Both the position numbers and the translations under genes were made by a program. A DNA stretch of 64,000 nucleotides from an uncultured delta proteobacterium (GTDB taxonomy: Bacteria > Myxococcota > Kuafuiibacteriia > Kuafuiibacteriales > Kuafuiibacteriaceae), in the NCBI GenBank assembly GCA_963803435.1, contig CAWDML010000001.1:2080001-2144000 (forward strand). The letters run 5' to 3'. Below, piece by piece: positions 28,620 to 41,518 of the stretch (the first letter of the stretch is position 1; each line of letters opens with the position of its first letter). The notes below the pieces were generated by a model that was not told the origin of the DNA, made no database searches, and was given only the letters and a program-made list of their open reading frames with translations.

Positions 28620-28637
<18 letters not shown>
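27907..28637 (-). CDS. fabG: 3-oxoacyl-ACP reductase, frameshifted
   Basis: [50 protein letters not shown]. Confidence 0.85.
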
Positions 28638-30139
<1,502 letters not shown>

Positions 30140-30143
<4 letters not shown>

Positions 30144-31543
30144 GCGCCCGCCCCCGCGCCCAGGCAGTGGCGGTTGGCCATGGCGACGCCGGAGAGCATC
30201 GCGCCCACGATTCCCACCAGGCCCTGGTCGGTGCCGATCAGGAACAGGTTCGAGAGATCGGTCTCGCCGGTCTTCCGCTTGTCCGGCGAGCCGTAGACCG
30301 CGCCGTTCTGCTTGGAGGTGTATTCGGTGACGGTGCGCGGCGTGAAGGCGTCGGTGTACTCGACGTGCGGTCCGAAGTCGGCCGGGAGGTGCTCTGCGAT
30401 CCGCGCCCGCGAGCGCGCCACCCACTCGGTCTTCTCGCGCCCGTAGCGCTCCTGGTCCCAGCCGAACCAGACCCGGTGATCCGCGAGGTGCGTCCCGCGG
30501 ATCACCTTGGTCTCAGGGGCTCGGCGTGGGCGTAGTTCGAGGGCACGGTGACGATGCCGCTCTCCAGATCGACCGGCGCCTCGGGCCGCCGCCAGCGGAA
30601 GCGATCGCGCCGGTTGAAGAAGGTGACGCACGCCGAGAGGCCGAGCGCCTTGGGATCGGTGTCCACGATCCAGGCGCTCTCCAGGAACCCCAGCTGCCCG
30701 GCCGTGGGCGCGCTCGCGCCGCTGCCCCCATCGGAGCGGAGCCGCCCGGTCTCGATCAGCCCCGCCGAGGACAGCACCGCGTCGGCGGTGATCGGCTCGC
30801 CCCTCTCCAGCTCGAGCGCCGTCACCCGGCCGTCGGCCACCACCAGGCGCTCGACGCCGCACCGGCGCCGCATCTCGCCGCCGGCGGCCTCGAGGCGCCG
30901 GACCAGGACGTCGAGGATGGCGCGGATCCCGCGGCGCGGCCGGCAGAAGCCCTCGCGGTAGACGGAGTTGAAGAGGATCGCGAAGAGGTCGAAGTCGAGG
31001 TCGTCCTCCTCGGCGCTGCCGTACCACATCAGCGGGCAGAGCAGCATGTCGGTGAGGAGCGGATCGCGGAGGTACTCCGAGAGCACGCGGCGCGCCGAGG
31101 TGTGGGGCGCGGCAGCCGTCGGATCGGGATAGTCGGTGGGCCGGCCCGCCAGGCGGCGAAAGCCGTCCACCTCTGCCGGGAAGGTCGACGCGATCTCGCT
31201 CGGTCAGCACCTCGAGCCCGTTCTCGAAGCGGAGCCGCGCCTCGCCGAAGACGATCTCGGAGAAGGTCTGGGGCTCCAGCTCGAGCTCGTCGCGCGCGAT
31301 GCGGAGCTGGCGGAGCAGCCGGAGCAGCGGCGGCCGCGGGCCCTGGTAGTCGCGCGGGACGTAGTTGGTGACCGCGTGGAGCCCCGTGTCGAAGTGGTGG
31401 CCGTCCTTCTTGTAGAAGGAGTTCAGCCCCCCGTAGACGCTATGCTTCTCGAGGATGACGACGCGCCGACCGAAGTGCGCCAGACGTACGCCCGCGGCCA
31501 GGCCCGACATGCCGGCCCCGATGATGGCGACGTCGTAGTGCAT
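30140..31543 (-). CDS. Phytoene desaturase-like FAD oxidoreductase 2, frameshifted
   Basis: [55 protein letters not shown]. Confidence 0.85.
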
Positions 31544-31813
31544 TCACGCCTTGGCCTTGACGTCGAGCGCGTCCAGCATCGGTTTGAGGTAGCTGACACA
31601 GCCGTCGAGGGTGGCGAGCCGCATGTAGTCCTCTTCCGGGACCTCGATCTTGTAGCGCTTGCGTAGCTCCATCACGATATCGAGGAAGTCCATCGAGTCG
31701 AGATCGAGCTGATCTCTGAGCCGCACGTCCGGCTTCACGTCCGAGATGTCCTCGTCGGGCGCGATGTCGTGGATGATGTCGAGAATCAGCTCGCGAACTT
31801 GTTCGTCCGTCAT
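31544..31813 (-). CDS. Acyl carrier protein
   Basis: LDLDSMDFLDIVMEL (Ppant serine); acidic, 89 aa. Confidence 0.92.
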   Translation of the reverse strand: MTDEQVRELILDIIHDIAPDEDISDVKPDVRLRDQLDLDSMDFLDIVMELRKRYKIEVPEEDYMRLATLDGCVSYLKPMLDALDVKAKA

Positions 31814-33060
31814 GTCTCCGCCCTGTAGCGCTTGATGATCACGCAGGAATTGATACCGAGCATCCCGAAGGAGTTGTTGAGGATCGCGTCCACGCTCTTG
31901 AGCTCGAGCGGCGCGCCGCTCACCAGGTTGTTGATCGCGCACTCGGGATCGAGATCGTCGAGGTTGATGGTGGGATGGACCATGCGATCCTCGAACGAGG
32001 GCAGGTTACCGGCGAGCTCGAGCGCGCCGGCGGCGCCCATGGTGTGGCCGATGAAGCTCTTGGTGTTGTTGACGAAGACATCGGGCTGACCGCCGAAGAC
32101 CTCGTGGATCGCCTTGCACTCCTGGACGTCCCCCAGGGGCGTGGAGGTGGCGTGGGTGCTGACGATGTCGATGTCGGCCGGCGCCATTCCGGCCATCGCG
32201 AGACCCGCGCGCATGCATTGGGCCTGGCGTCCCGGCTCGGGGAGCACGAAGTCGGTGGCGTCGGAGTTGATGGCGTGGCCGGCGACCTCGCCGATGATCG
32301 GCGCGCCCCGGGCCAGGGCATCGTCGAGGCGCTCGAGCGCGAACAGGCAGCCCCCCTCGCTGACCACGATCCCGTTGCGGGCGCGGTCGAAGGGCCGGCT
32401 GGCGCGGGTCGGGTCGTCGTGGTGGGCCAGCGCGCCCTCGGCCTTGAAGCTGGCGAAGATGCCGAAGGTGTGGATCGACTCGGACACTCCGCCGGCCAGG
32501 GCCAGGTCGACCATGCCGAGCTGGAGCATCTGGGCGCCCTGGATCAGGCCCACGTTGCCGGCGGCGCAGGCGGCGCCCAGGCAGTAGTGCGGGCCGGTGA
32601 TGCCGAGGTTGATGGTCACCTCACCCGCCGGGTTGTTGGCGACGGTGCGGGGATTGTGGTGGTGGGACCAGAACTTGAGATCGTCGCCGTACTCGCGGAG
32701 CTGGGCGATCTCGTGCTCGGTCTCCACGTTGCCGTGCTCGGTGGTGCCCACGTAGACACCGACCCGGGCCTTGTCGAACGACGCCCAGTCGAGCTTCGAG
32801 CGCGCGATCGCCTCGCCGGCGCAGTAGACCGCCATGGAGCCGGCCCGGGTGCCCCGCCGTCGGGCCTTTCGCGATTGGTGCTTCTGCTCGTCGTAGTCGC
32901 AGACACCCGCGATCACGGCGCCCATGTGGCGCGTCTCGTAGGGGACGATCCCGGAGACGCCCGCCAGGAGGTGCCGGCGGAAGGTCTCGAGGTCGTTGCC
33001 GTTCGGCGCCGAGAGACCAACGCCGGTGATCACCACCCGCGGAAGCTGGTGTGCCAACAT
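31810..33060 (-). CDS. fabF: Beta-ketoacyl-ACP synthase (FabF/FabB-like)
   Basis: RVVITGVG, GAACAAG (Cys), STHATST (His), KSFIGHTMGAAG (His), NNSFGMLG. Confidence 0.88.
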   Translation of the reverse strand: MLAHQLPRVVITGVGLSAPNGNDLETFRRHLLAGVSGIVPYETRHMGAVIAGVCDYDEQKHQSRKARRRGTRAGSMAVYCAGEAIARSKLDWASFDKARVGVYVGTTEHGNVETEHEIAQLREYGDDLKFWSHHHNPRTVANNPAGEVTINLGITGPHYCLGAACAAGNVGLIQGAQMLQLGMVDLALAGGVSESIHTFGIFASFKAEGALAHHDDPTRASRPFDRARNGIVVSEGGCLFALERLDDALARGAPIIGEVAGHAINSDATDFVLPEPGRQAQCMRAGLAMAGMAPADIDIVSTHATSTPLGDVQECKAIHEVFGGQPDVFVNNTKSFIGHTMGAAGALELAGNLPSFEDRMVHPTINLDDLDPECAINNLVSGAPLELKSVDAILNNSFGMLGINSCVIIKRYRAET

Positions 33061-33106
33061 GGAACCGTCCGCGTAGCATGCGCGAACGGATTTCTGGGAG
33101 CAAAAG

Positions 33107-33863
33107 TTGACCTCGGGGCAAAGCGAGCAAAATCGCGCATTTGAGCCTGTCGTGTTGCTGCACGGCTTTCTCGGCAGCCGTCGCAATCTCGGCGCGCTGA
33201 TCCGCCGCTGGAAGGCGCGCGACCCGAGCGTGGACCTCGTCGCGCTCGACCTCCCCGGACACGGCGACGCGTCGCCCCTTCCGCCCGGCGGCCTCGGGCC
33301 GATGACCGCCGCGGTGCTGGCCGAGCTCGACGCGCGGGGGCTGAAGACACCGCGGATCGTCGGACACTCCCTAGGCGGGCGGGTGGCGCTGATGACCCGA
33401 CGCCTGCGACCGGCCGCCCGCGCACCGGTGACGTTGCTCGACATCGCTCCCGGACCGATCACCCGAAGATCGCGCGAGCTGGCGGGCGTCCCGGCCGCGC
33501 TCCTTTCGGCCCCCGCCACCTCGCCGACGCGCGAACAGATGCGGGCGCACCTCGGCGCGCTCTCGGATCCGATCGCGGACTGGCTCCTGATGAACCTCGC
33601 GTGGAAGGGCGACCGGTTCGAGTGGCGGATCGATCGCGCGCGCCTGGTCGCGTTCGATCGCGAGGCGGCCCAGGACGATCTACTGGGACACGATCGACGA
33701 GAGCGTCACCTGCATCCGGGGCGGCGCCTCGCCCTACGTCTCGGACGAAGATGTGCGTCGTTTCGAGGCCCTGGGCGCCCTCGTGATCACGATCCCGGCC
33801 GCGGGCCACTTCGTCCATGTGGATGCGACCGAGGCGGTAGTCGATCGCCTCTCGGCCCCGTAG
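33107..33863 (+). CDS. Alpha/beta hydrolase, frameshift near 33685
   Basis: LLHGFLGS, DLPGHG, GHSLGG; AGHFVH in the shifted frame. Confidence 0.85.
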
Positions 33864-33864
33864 A

Positions 33865-34708
33865 ATGGAGCCCGTGCGCGCGCTCCTCCCGGCGGCGGTC
33901 CTGCTCTCCCTCCTGCCGGCGCGCTCCGCTTCCGCGTTCGAGTGCAGCCACAGCAAGACGTTCTGCTTCGTCTCGTTGAGCTGGCCGGTCCGCGAGATCC
34001 CGTTCAACGTCGAGCCGCCCGATTCCGGACTCGCACATCTCCCTCGAAGAGCTGGAAGAGACCGTCGACCTCGCCGCCTCGAAGTGGAACGACGTTCCCT
34101 GCAGCGACGTCCATCTCTTCCGGACCGATACGCCGGTGGACACCAAGGTGGTCATGGTCAGCAAGGAGTGGCCGTTCAAGGACTACGCCGCCGGCCTCAC
34201 CGAGGTGCTCCACAACGTCAATTCCGGCCGCATCAACTTCGCGACGGTCTCCGTGAACGAACCGCTGGTCGGGATCACGGACGAGGGCACGTGCGGCGGC
34301 TTCATCGATCTGGAGGGCGTGCTCACGCACGAGCTGGGACACCTGATCGGGATCGCGCACCCCTGCGAGACGGCCGACACCTATCCGATGGATCCGCTGT
34401 GCCCGCCCATCCGTTGCGAGGAGCTGATGGCGAGCTGGGCGGCCGACGAGCAGCTCCCGACCATGTGGCCCTCCGCTGCCCCGTGCGACCGACAGCTCAC
34501 CTCGCTGGAGGCCGACGACGTGGCCGCGATCTGCACCATCTATCCGAAGTCGGAGCCGAACCGGGCGTGCTTCCCGCTCCCGGTGACGGGACAGCGTGCG
34601 CTGGTGGCGAACAAGAGCTTCGGATGCTCCACCTCAGAGGGCTCGCCGGCGCTCTGGGTGCTGGCGCTCCTCCCCTGGCTCCTCGGGCTCAGGCGTCGCC
34701 CCGCCTGA
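33865..34708 (+). CDS. Matrixin-like zinc metalloprotease with a MYXO-CTERM-like tail, frameshift near 34040
   Basis: Signal peptide; HELGHLIGIAH; PTMWP Met-turn; GCSTS..LWVLALLPWLLGLRRR. Confidence 0.8.
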
Positions 34709-35909
34709 GTCGATCGTCCGCGAGCATCGCCAGCGCCGGCATCAGCGCGCGCGCGGCGTGCGCGCTCCGTATCAGGAGCGGCTTCGACGGCGCGTCGGCG
34801 GTGCGCCGATACAACGCGCGATAGCCCGCCACCATCCGGTCCAGCCCGAACCGCGCCTCCGCCGCGCGGCGTCCCTGGTCGCCCATGCGCGCCCGAAGAT
34901 CTCGATCGGCGGCGAGCCGCGAGAAGGCCCCCGCCAGACCGGTCACGTCTCTCGGCGCCACCAGGAGCGCGCTGTCACCCTCCTCCACCAGCTCGGGCGT
35001 GCCGCCCACCCTCGTGGCCACGACCGGGCGAGCCGCGGCCATCGCCTCCATGATCGCGTTCGAGGCCCCTTCGAACTCGGAGCAGTTCACGTAGACGTCG
35101 ATGGCGGCGAGGAGGTTCTCGGGATCCTCGACGCGACCCGGGAGGCGGATCCGATCGTCGAGCCCCGCGCGCTGCGCCCAGCCGAGGATCGTCTCGGTGC
35201 TGTCGGTGAAGAGGTCTCCGATCAGCACCACGTGCACGCGCGGATCCTCGTCGGCGGCCCTTCCCGCCGCCGCGATCAGGTCCTCGATGCGCTTCACCGG
35301 CCGGAGTACGGTCAGCGCACCGAACACGACCGCGTCCGCAGGCAGGCCCAGCCGCCGGCGGGACGCCTCGCGCATCGTCGGGCGGTCGAAGCGATCCACA
35401 TCGATGCCGGTGCGGATGACCTCGACGCGCTCGCGGGGGACGTTCCACTCGGTCGCCATCTCCTCCGCCAGGAAGTCGCAGACCGTGGTGAAGCGATCGA
35501 CGTACGGCGCCAGCACGCGCATGACCGCACGCTGGCGGACCGACGCGCCCTCCGGCTGCTCTCGACCGCCCACGCCGTAGATCACGCGCTCGACGCCGGC
35601 CAGACGCGCTGCCGCGATCCCGTACAGCGAGGTCGACCAGTTGTGCACGTGGACGATCTCGATCCGGCGCCGCCTCAAGATGCGGGCGATGCGAAGGATC
35701 AGCCCTCGATCGATCCCGTGCCGCCTCGACTTGGGCGTGCTGAAGACCTCGACGCCCTCGCCGGCCCGTCCCACCAGCGCGTCGTTCTTCTCGCCCAGGC
35801 CGATCCAGGTGAGCTCGTGCTCGCTTCGATCGAGCCCGCCGAGCACCCGGGCGATCCGCTGCTCCACGCCGCCGCTCGAGAGGTGCGGCGTGATCTGGGC
35901 GAGGCGCAT
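34689..35909 (-). CDS. Glycosyltransferase family 4
   Basis: GGVEQRI, VHVHN, VKRIEDL, SEFEGASNAIMEAMAA..VVATRVGG. Confidence 0.92.
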   Translation of the reverse strand: MRLAQITPHLSSGGVEQRIARVLGGLDRSEHELTWIGLGEKNDALVGRAGEGVEVFSTPKSRRHGIDRGLILRIARILRRRRIEIVHVHNWSTSLYGIAAARLAGVERVIYGVGGREQPEGASVRQRAVMRVLAPYVDRFTTVCDFLAEEMATEWNVPRERVEVIRTGIDVDRFDRPTMREASRRRLGLPADAVVFGALTVLRPVKRIEDLIAAAGRAADEDPRVHVVLIGDLFTDSTETILGWAQRAGLDDRIRLPGRVEDPENLLAAIDVYVNCSEFEGASNAIMEAMAAARPVVATRVGGTPELVEEGDSALLVAPRDVTGLAGAFSRLAADRDLRARMGDQGRRAAEARFGLDRMVAGYRALYRRTADAPSKPLLIRSAHAARALMPALAMLADDRLRRGDA

Positions 35910-37728
35910 CACTCCGCCCGGTAGTGCACTGCGAAATCGACGTAGACGTCGCCGGTGTCGGCGCTCGGGAGCCGCGCGCTCTTGAAGTGGGTCTCGGCGC
36001 ACTCGGCGGTGCCCGGAGCGCCGCCCTTCGCCTCGAGGGCCATGAAGCGACCGCGGCTGCCGATCCGCCCCTTCACCTTCACCTTGCCCTTCGTCGCCAC
36101 GCCGCGCTCGGCGATCACGTTCCTCAGGCACTCGCGCACGGGGCCGAGCGCGCGAGCGAGCGCGTTCTCCAGCTGCTTGGTGGAGATGCCACCTTGGAGC
36201 TCGACCTCGACGATCGAGGCCTCGAGCGCGAAGTCGGCGCCCAGCTTGGCGGGACCCGGCGGCGGCGGCGGCACGGGCGGCGGGGGCGCCTCGGCGATCA
36301 CCGGCGGCGCCTCCTCGAAGCGGGGCGGCGGCGGGTCCACGGGCGGCGGAGGCGGCGGCATTCCTCGGAGGGCGCGACCTCCGCGACCTCCGAGACCTCG
36401 GCGGGCAGCTGGTCCTCCCCGCGCCGGCGGTGCCGCCCCCGGCGCGCCTTGGGCCGCTCGGGGGGCGGCGCCTCTGCGAGCGTCGCGGTGGTGACCGCGG
36501 CAGGGCTCACCTCGGGCGCGGGTGGCGGCGGGATCTCGGCGCGCGCCGGCGGCCGCCGCACGCGAGCGGTGCGCGGCAGCGGCGGCGTCGGATCGTCTCG
36601 CGGTTGCACCGCGGTCACGACGGGCGCGGAGACCTTCTGCCCGTCGATCACCAGATAGGCGATCAGCCCGCCGACCCCGACCAGCGCCAGCGAGCCGAGC
36701 AGCGCGATCACGATCGGCGCCGACGAGCGCGTCGGCAGGGCCGGCGGCGGCAGGAGCGATCGCGACGAGGGCGCACGGATCAGCGTGTCCTCGATCTGCG
36801 GCTCGCGCAGGACCTGGACGCGGGGCTGCGAGACGATCGCTTCGTCCGCGAGGACGGCCCGCAGATCCTCGAGCATCTCCCGCATCGACGGGTAACGGTC
36901 CTCGCGCTGCTTCTCCATCGCCCGCTCGACGATCGCCGCGATGCGCGGATCGCAGCCCGGGTTCTTCGCGAGCACCGGGACCGGCTGCTCCATGATCTGC
37001 TTCATCAGCATCCCGGTGGCGTTCTCGGCGGTGAACGGCGTCTCCCCGGTGGCGAGCCGATACATGATCACGCCGGCCGAGTAGATGTCGGTGCGGTGGT
37101 CGATCACGTCCCCGCTCGCCTGCTCCGGCGACATGTACGTGGGCGTCCCGAAGATCATGCCCTGCTTCGTCATCGGTCCCGCCGTGGACTCGTTGGGGTT
37201 CGCGTCGAGGATCTTCGCCAGGCCGAAGTCGCAGACCTTGACCCGCTGGCGCCCGTCCTCGTCCGGGTGGCGAACCAGCATGATGTTTCCGGGCTTCATA
37301 TCCCGGTGGACCACGCCCAGGTCGTGCGCGACGGCGAGCGCGGCACACACCTGCCCCATGATCGACGCGATCCGCTTCGTATCGAGCCGCGGCTGCTGCT
37401 CGAGCAGGCTCTGGAGGTCCCTCCCGTCGAGGAACTCCATCGCGATGTAGAGCAGGTGGTCCGCTCCGTCCTCGCCGAAGTCCAGGATGCGCACACTATT
37501 CGGGTGATCGAGGCGGCTCGCCGCGCGCGCTTCGGCCTTGAAGCGGCGCACCAGGTCCACGTCGACCGTGTGTGTGGCGTGGAGCACCTTGATCGCGACG
37601 GGCTTGGCGAGCGCCAGGTGGTGGGCGCGATACACACTGCCGGTCGCCCCCGAACCGAGAAGCTTTTCGATCCGGATCTTGCCAGCGATGACCCGTCCGA
37701 TCAGAGGATCAATTAACTGCGAAGTCAT
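35909..37728 (-). CDS. Ser/Thr protein kinase with TM, Pro-rich linker and C-terminal extracellular domain; frameshift near 36360
   Basis: GSGATGSVY, HRDMKPGN, DFGLAK, GTPTYMSPE. Confidence 0.9.
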
Positions 37729-37797
37729 CGATCAGACCGCGCTCGGTCGCGAGGCTATTACATCCGCGGCGCCCTGTCGTGCCCGCTCCTGCTCGCG

Positions 37798-39169
37798 GTG
37801 GTGGGCTGCGCCTCCCCAGGAAACGCCCCCGTACCTGTAGGCCTGGAGGCGAAGGGCGACACCGAGCTTCGGTACGACGTCCTCTTCCTTCCGGATCGCG
37901 GGGAGCTGCAGGTGATCGCGCGATTCCTCACCGGCGGCGACCTCCAGATCCAGCGGGCGGGGCGCGGATACGTGACGGATCTGCAAGCGAGGACCGCAGG
38001 GGGTTGGGCGCCGTTCGACGCCGAGACGCCGATCCCGGAAGGCGGCGCCGAGCTCCGTTATCGGTTCCTCCTGGATCAGGCCGTGGTCGATCTGGAGGGC
38101 CGTATGGGGACCGAACGCCTCGGCGACGTCCGCGTGCTCTCTCCTACCTTCTGGCTGCTCCGGCCGGAGACGCCGCGATTCTCGCGGTATCGATTGTCCG
38201 TACGGACGCCGCCCGGGTTCGGGTTCGCCAGCGGCTACGGGGGCAGCGGCATCGGACCGGCCGATACGCTCGACAGCCCGGCGCTGGCCGCCTTCGGGCC
38301 CATCGCGCTCCACAAGATGCACGGGCTCCGCGTGGTCACGGTGCCCGGCCGCTACGTGCTCGCCGATCGCGAGATCCTCCAGTGGGCCGCCACCGCGATC
38401 GACGGCGTGACCGAATACTTCCACGGTCCACCGGCGGCCGACGGCCTGGTGCTCCTCCTGCCGTGCGACGAGTTCGAGGGTCCACACCGCGGCTTTGCGC
38501 TCGGCTGGTCGGGCGGCGCCTCGCTGAAGATCCACCTCGGCCGCAGCACGACCGCCCGCGATCTCGCGCGCGACTGGTCGCTCACCCATGAGCTGATCCA
38601 CCTCGGCTTTCCCAACGTCAAAGGCCACCCGTGGATCGAGGAGGGCCTCGCCACCTACGTCGAGCCCCTGATCCGGACGCGCCGCGGACAGATGCCGGTG
38701 GAGCAGTACTGGTCCGAGATGATCGACGGCCTCCCGCACGCGCTCGACCGCGCGGGTCGGATGGGCTTCGAGCGCCCGCAGCGCTGGGGCGACATCTATT
38801 GGGGCGGGGCCCTCTTCTTCCTCCGCGCCGATCTCCGAGATCAGGAAGCGGACCCAGGGGCAAAAGACGCTCGACGACGCGCTGCTCGGGATCCACCGCA
38901 CCAGCAACATCCGGCGGTCGATGCGGGCCGAGGGCCTCATGCGGCTCGGCGACGAGTCGACCGGCGGCACCGAGCTCGCCGAGCTCTACCGGCAGCTCGC
39001 CGACGATGAGGAGCCGTTCGACCTGCCGCAGCTGCTCCTGGCCCTGGGCGTCTCGCGCAACGACACCGGCGTCCACTTCGACAACGACGCCCCCGACGCC
39101 CCGCTCCGCAAGGCCCTCCTGGCCCCGGCCGAGGAAGCGCAAGCGGCGGCCGCGAAGCCGCCCGACTGA
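37798..39169 (+). CDS. Gluzincin-type (M61-like) peptidase lipoprotein, frameshift near 38840
   Basis: THELIH..WIEEGLATY; YWGGALF; start approximate. Confidence 0.7.
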
Positions 39170-39374
39170 GATCCGGTTCGACCATTCGCCGCTCGCTGCC
39201 AGTGCTGCGGCGACGGCAGTCGCCGTGAACGCCGATCAAGCTCGAGCCCTTTCGAGGCGCGTTCGACCACCCGAGCTGCAAACGTCCTCTGCGCAGCGAT
39301 CCAGCCGATCGGCCCGGAGTTCGACACCGCCTTCATCGCCAAGACGTACTGCTTGTTCACGGGACCGTGAGGCG

Positions 39375-41474
39375 TCACGAGACCAGGACCGGGACCTTCT
39401 CGTCATCCTTCTCGACGTCCATCGCCATGGCCACGATCTCGGCGACGTCGAGCACCTTCACGCCCTCCTCCTCGGAGTAGTGCTTCACGCCGTCCTCGAT
39501 CATGGTCATGCAGAACGGGCAGGCCACGCCGATGATCTCGGGCTCGACGTCGAGGGCCTGGCGCGTGCGCTCGAGGTTGACGCGCTTGTCCGGATCTTCC
39601 TCTTTCCACATCTGGCCGCCGCCGGCGCCGCAGCAGAACGAGCGCTTACCGTGGGCCTCCATCTCGATCAGGCTCAAGTGGCGGATCGCCGCCAGTGAGC
39701 GGCGCGGGGCCTCCGTCTCGTCGTTCCAGCGGCCGAGGAAGCAAGGGTCGTGGAACGTCACCTTCTTCATCATCTCGGCCGAGAGTGTGATCCGTCCGTT
39801 CGCGATCAGCTCGTCGATGATCTGCGTGTGATGCAGGACGTCGTAGCTCCCTCCGAAGGCCGGGTACTCGTTCTTGAGGGTGTTGAAGCAGTGCGGGCAG
39901 GCGGTGACGATCTTCTTCACGCCCAGATCGTTGAGCGTCTGTACGTTCTCCTGCGCCAGCGAGTCGAAGAGGTACTCGTTTCCGGTCCTCCGGGCCGGAT
40001 CACCGGTGCACTTCTCGGCCGTCCCGAGGATCGCGTAGGTGACGCCGGCGTTGTCGAGGATCTGGGTGAACGCCTTCACGGTCTTCTGGGCGCGGTTGTC
40101 GTAGCTGCCGGCGCATCCGACCCAGAAGAGGTACTCGAAGCGCGCCGCGTCCTCGGAGCCGCCCCAATAGCGGAGGCCGAGACCCTTCGCCCAATCGCCG
40201 CGCTTGTCCGCGCCGATACCCCAGGGGTTGTAGTTGTTCTCGATGTTCTTGAACGTGTTCGCCAGCTCGGGCGCGACGTTCCCCTCCATCAGCGTCAGGT
40301 GGCGGCGCATGTCCATGATCGAGTCGACGTGATCGATCAGCACCGGGCACGCCTCGACGCACGCGCCGCAGCTGGTGCAGGCCCACAGCACCTCGGGTGA
40401 GGTCTGACCGTGCTGCCGGGTCTCCTCGCTGTCCGCGATCAGCGGCAGCGTCGGCTCGAAGTCGTCGGGCGCGCGCGTGAAGTCGAAGATGCCGCGCTCC
40501 GCCAGCAGCCGATCGCCGTTCTCGTACAGGTTGTACTTCATGTCGTGGATGACGGACTGGGGCTTGAGCGGCTTCCCGGTCCGGTTCGCAGGACAGTACA
40601 GATCGCAGCGGCCGCACTCCGTGCAGGCGTAGGTGTCGAGGAGCCCCTTCCACGTGAAGTCGGTGACCTTGCCGACGCCCCAGCGCTCGCTGTTCTCGAA
40701 GTCGAGCCGGGTGAGCGCCGCTTTGTGCTTGGTGCGCTCGTGCAGATAGATGTTCGGGATCGCGCCCAGCAGGTGCAGGTGCTTGCTGTGCGGGATGTAG
40801 TTGAGGAACGCGACCAGGACGGCGAAGTGCGCCCAGAAGAAGATCTCGTACCAGATGCCGCCGGCCCGATTGATCGGCACGTCGGAGAGGAAGCCCGAGA
40901 TCCAGTGGGAGACCGGCGCGTGCTGCGTCATGTCGATGACGTCGTGATGGCCGCCGCGCAGCCCGAACGACATCGCGAGGAAGTACGTGATCATCACGTT
41001 GGCGATCAGGCCGAGGATGCGGAACGCGTCGATCGAGAGCGAGTCGATGTGCTTGGGGCGGACCACGACCCGGCGGAACACCGCCAGCGCCACCGAGACC
41101 AGGACGACGGCGGCCATGATGTCGCCGCCGGCGACGATCGCCCCGTAGACCGTGTCCCCGAGGAACCTCAGCGAGAAGGGCGGGAACATGCCGCGGAGGA
41201 AGAACTCGATGTGGCCGACGGTGATGATCAGGAAGCCCCAGAAGAAGATCGCGTGATTCCAGCCGAAGCGATCGCTGAGGACGCGCTTCTGAAAGAAGGC
41301 CAGATAGATCACCTGCCCGAAGCGATCGACCGCGTCCTTGAACATGTTGGGACGATCGCGACCGAGGCGCGCCAGGCGCACCAGCCTCCAGACGGACCGG
41401 CTGAACGCGCCCATGGCTCCCAAGAACAGAAGCGCGAAGAGGTAGGGCTTCAGCTCGTGATAGAGGAGGATCAT
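39375..41474 (-). CDS. Membrane-bound Fe-S oxidoreductase (FadF/HdrD-like, CCG domains)
   Basis: N-terminal TM helices; CTECGRCDLYCP; CTSCGACVEACP; TACPHC; HDPCFLGR; CCGAGGG; ACPFC. Confidence 0.93.
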   Translation of the reverse strand: MILLYHELKPYLFALLFLGAMGAFSRSVWRLVRLARLGRDRPNMFKDAVDRFGQVIYLAFFQKRVLSDRFGWNHAIFFWGFLIITVGHIEFFLRGMFPPFSLRFLGDTVYGAIVAGGDIMAAVVLVSVALAVFRRVVVRPKHIDSLSIDAFRILGLIANVMITYFLAMSFGLRGGHHDVIDMTQHAPVSHWISGFLSDVPINRAGGIWYEIFFWAHFAVLVAFLNYIPHSKHLHLLGAIPNIYLHERTKHKAALTRLDFENSERWGVGKVTDFTWKGLLDTYACTECGRCDLYCPANRTGKPLKPQSVIHDMKYNLYENGDRLLAERGIFDFTRAPDDFEPTLPLIADSEETRQHGQTSPEVLWACTSCGACVEACPVLIDHVDSIMDMRRHLTLMEGNVAPELANTFKNIENNYNPWGIGADKRGDWAKGLGLRYWGGSEDAARFEYLFWVGCAGSYDNRAQKTVKAFTQILDNAGVTYAILGTAEKCTGDPARRTGNEYLFDSLAQENVQTLNDLGVKKIVTACPHCFNTLKNEYPAFGGSYDVLHHTQIIDELIANGRITLSAEMMKKVTFHDPCFLGRWNDETEAPRRSLAAIRHLSLIEMEAHGKRSFCCGAGGGQMWKEEDPDKRVNLERTRQALDVEPEIIGVACPFCMTMIEDGVKHYSEEEGVKVLDVAEIVAMAMDVEKDDEKVPVLVS

Positions 41475-41518
41475 TTCTCGCGCTGCTTAGCGCATGAGCG
41501 TTCCCCTGTCAGCCGTGA

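Noticed and set aside
39290-39378. Short ORF MTPHGPVNKQYVLAMKAV overlapping the Fe-S gene stop
   Set aside because: Possibly a gene remnant, but I cannot assign a family and coding quality drops quickly.
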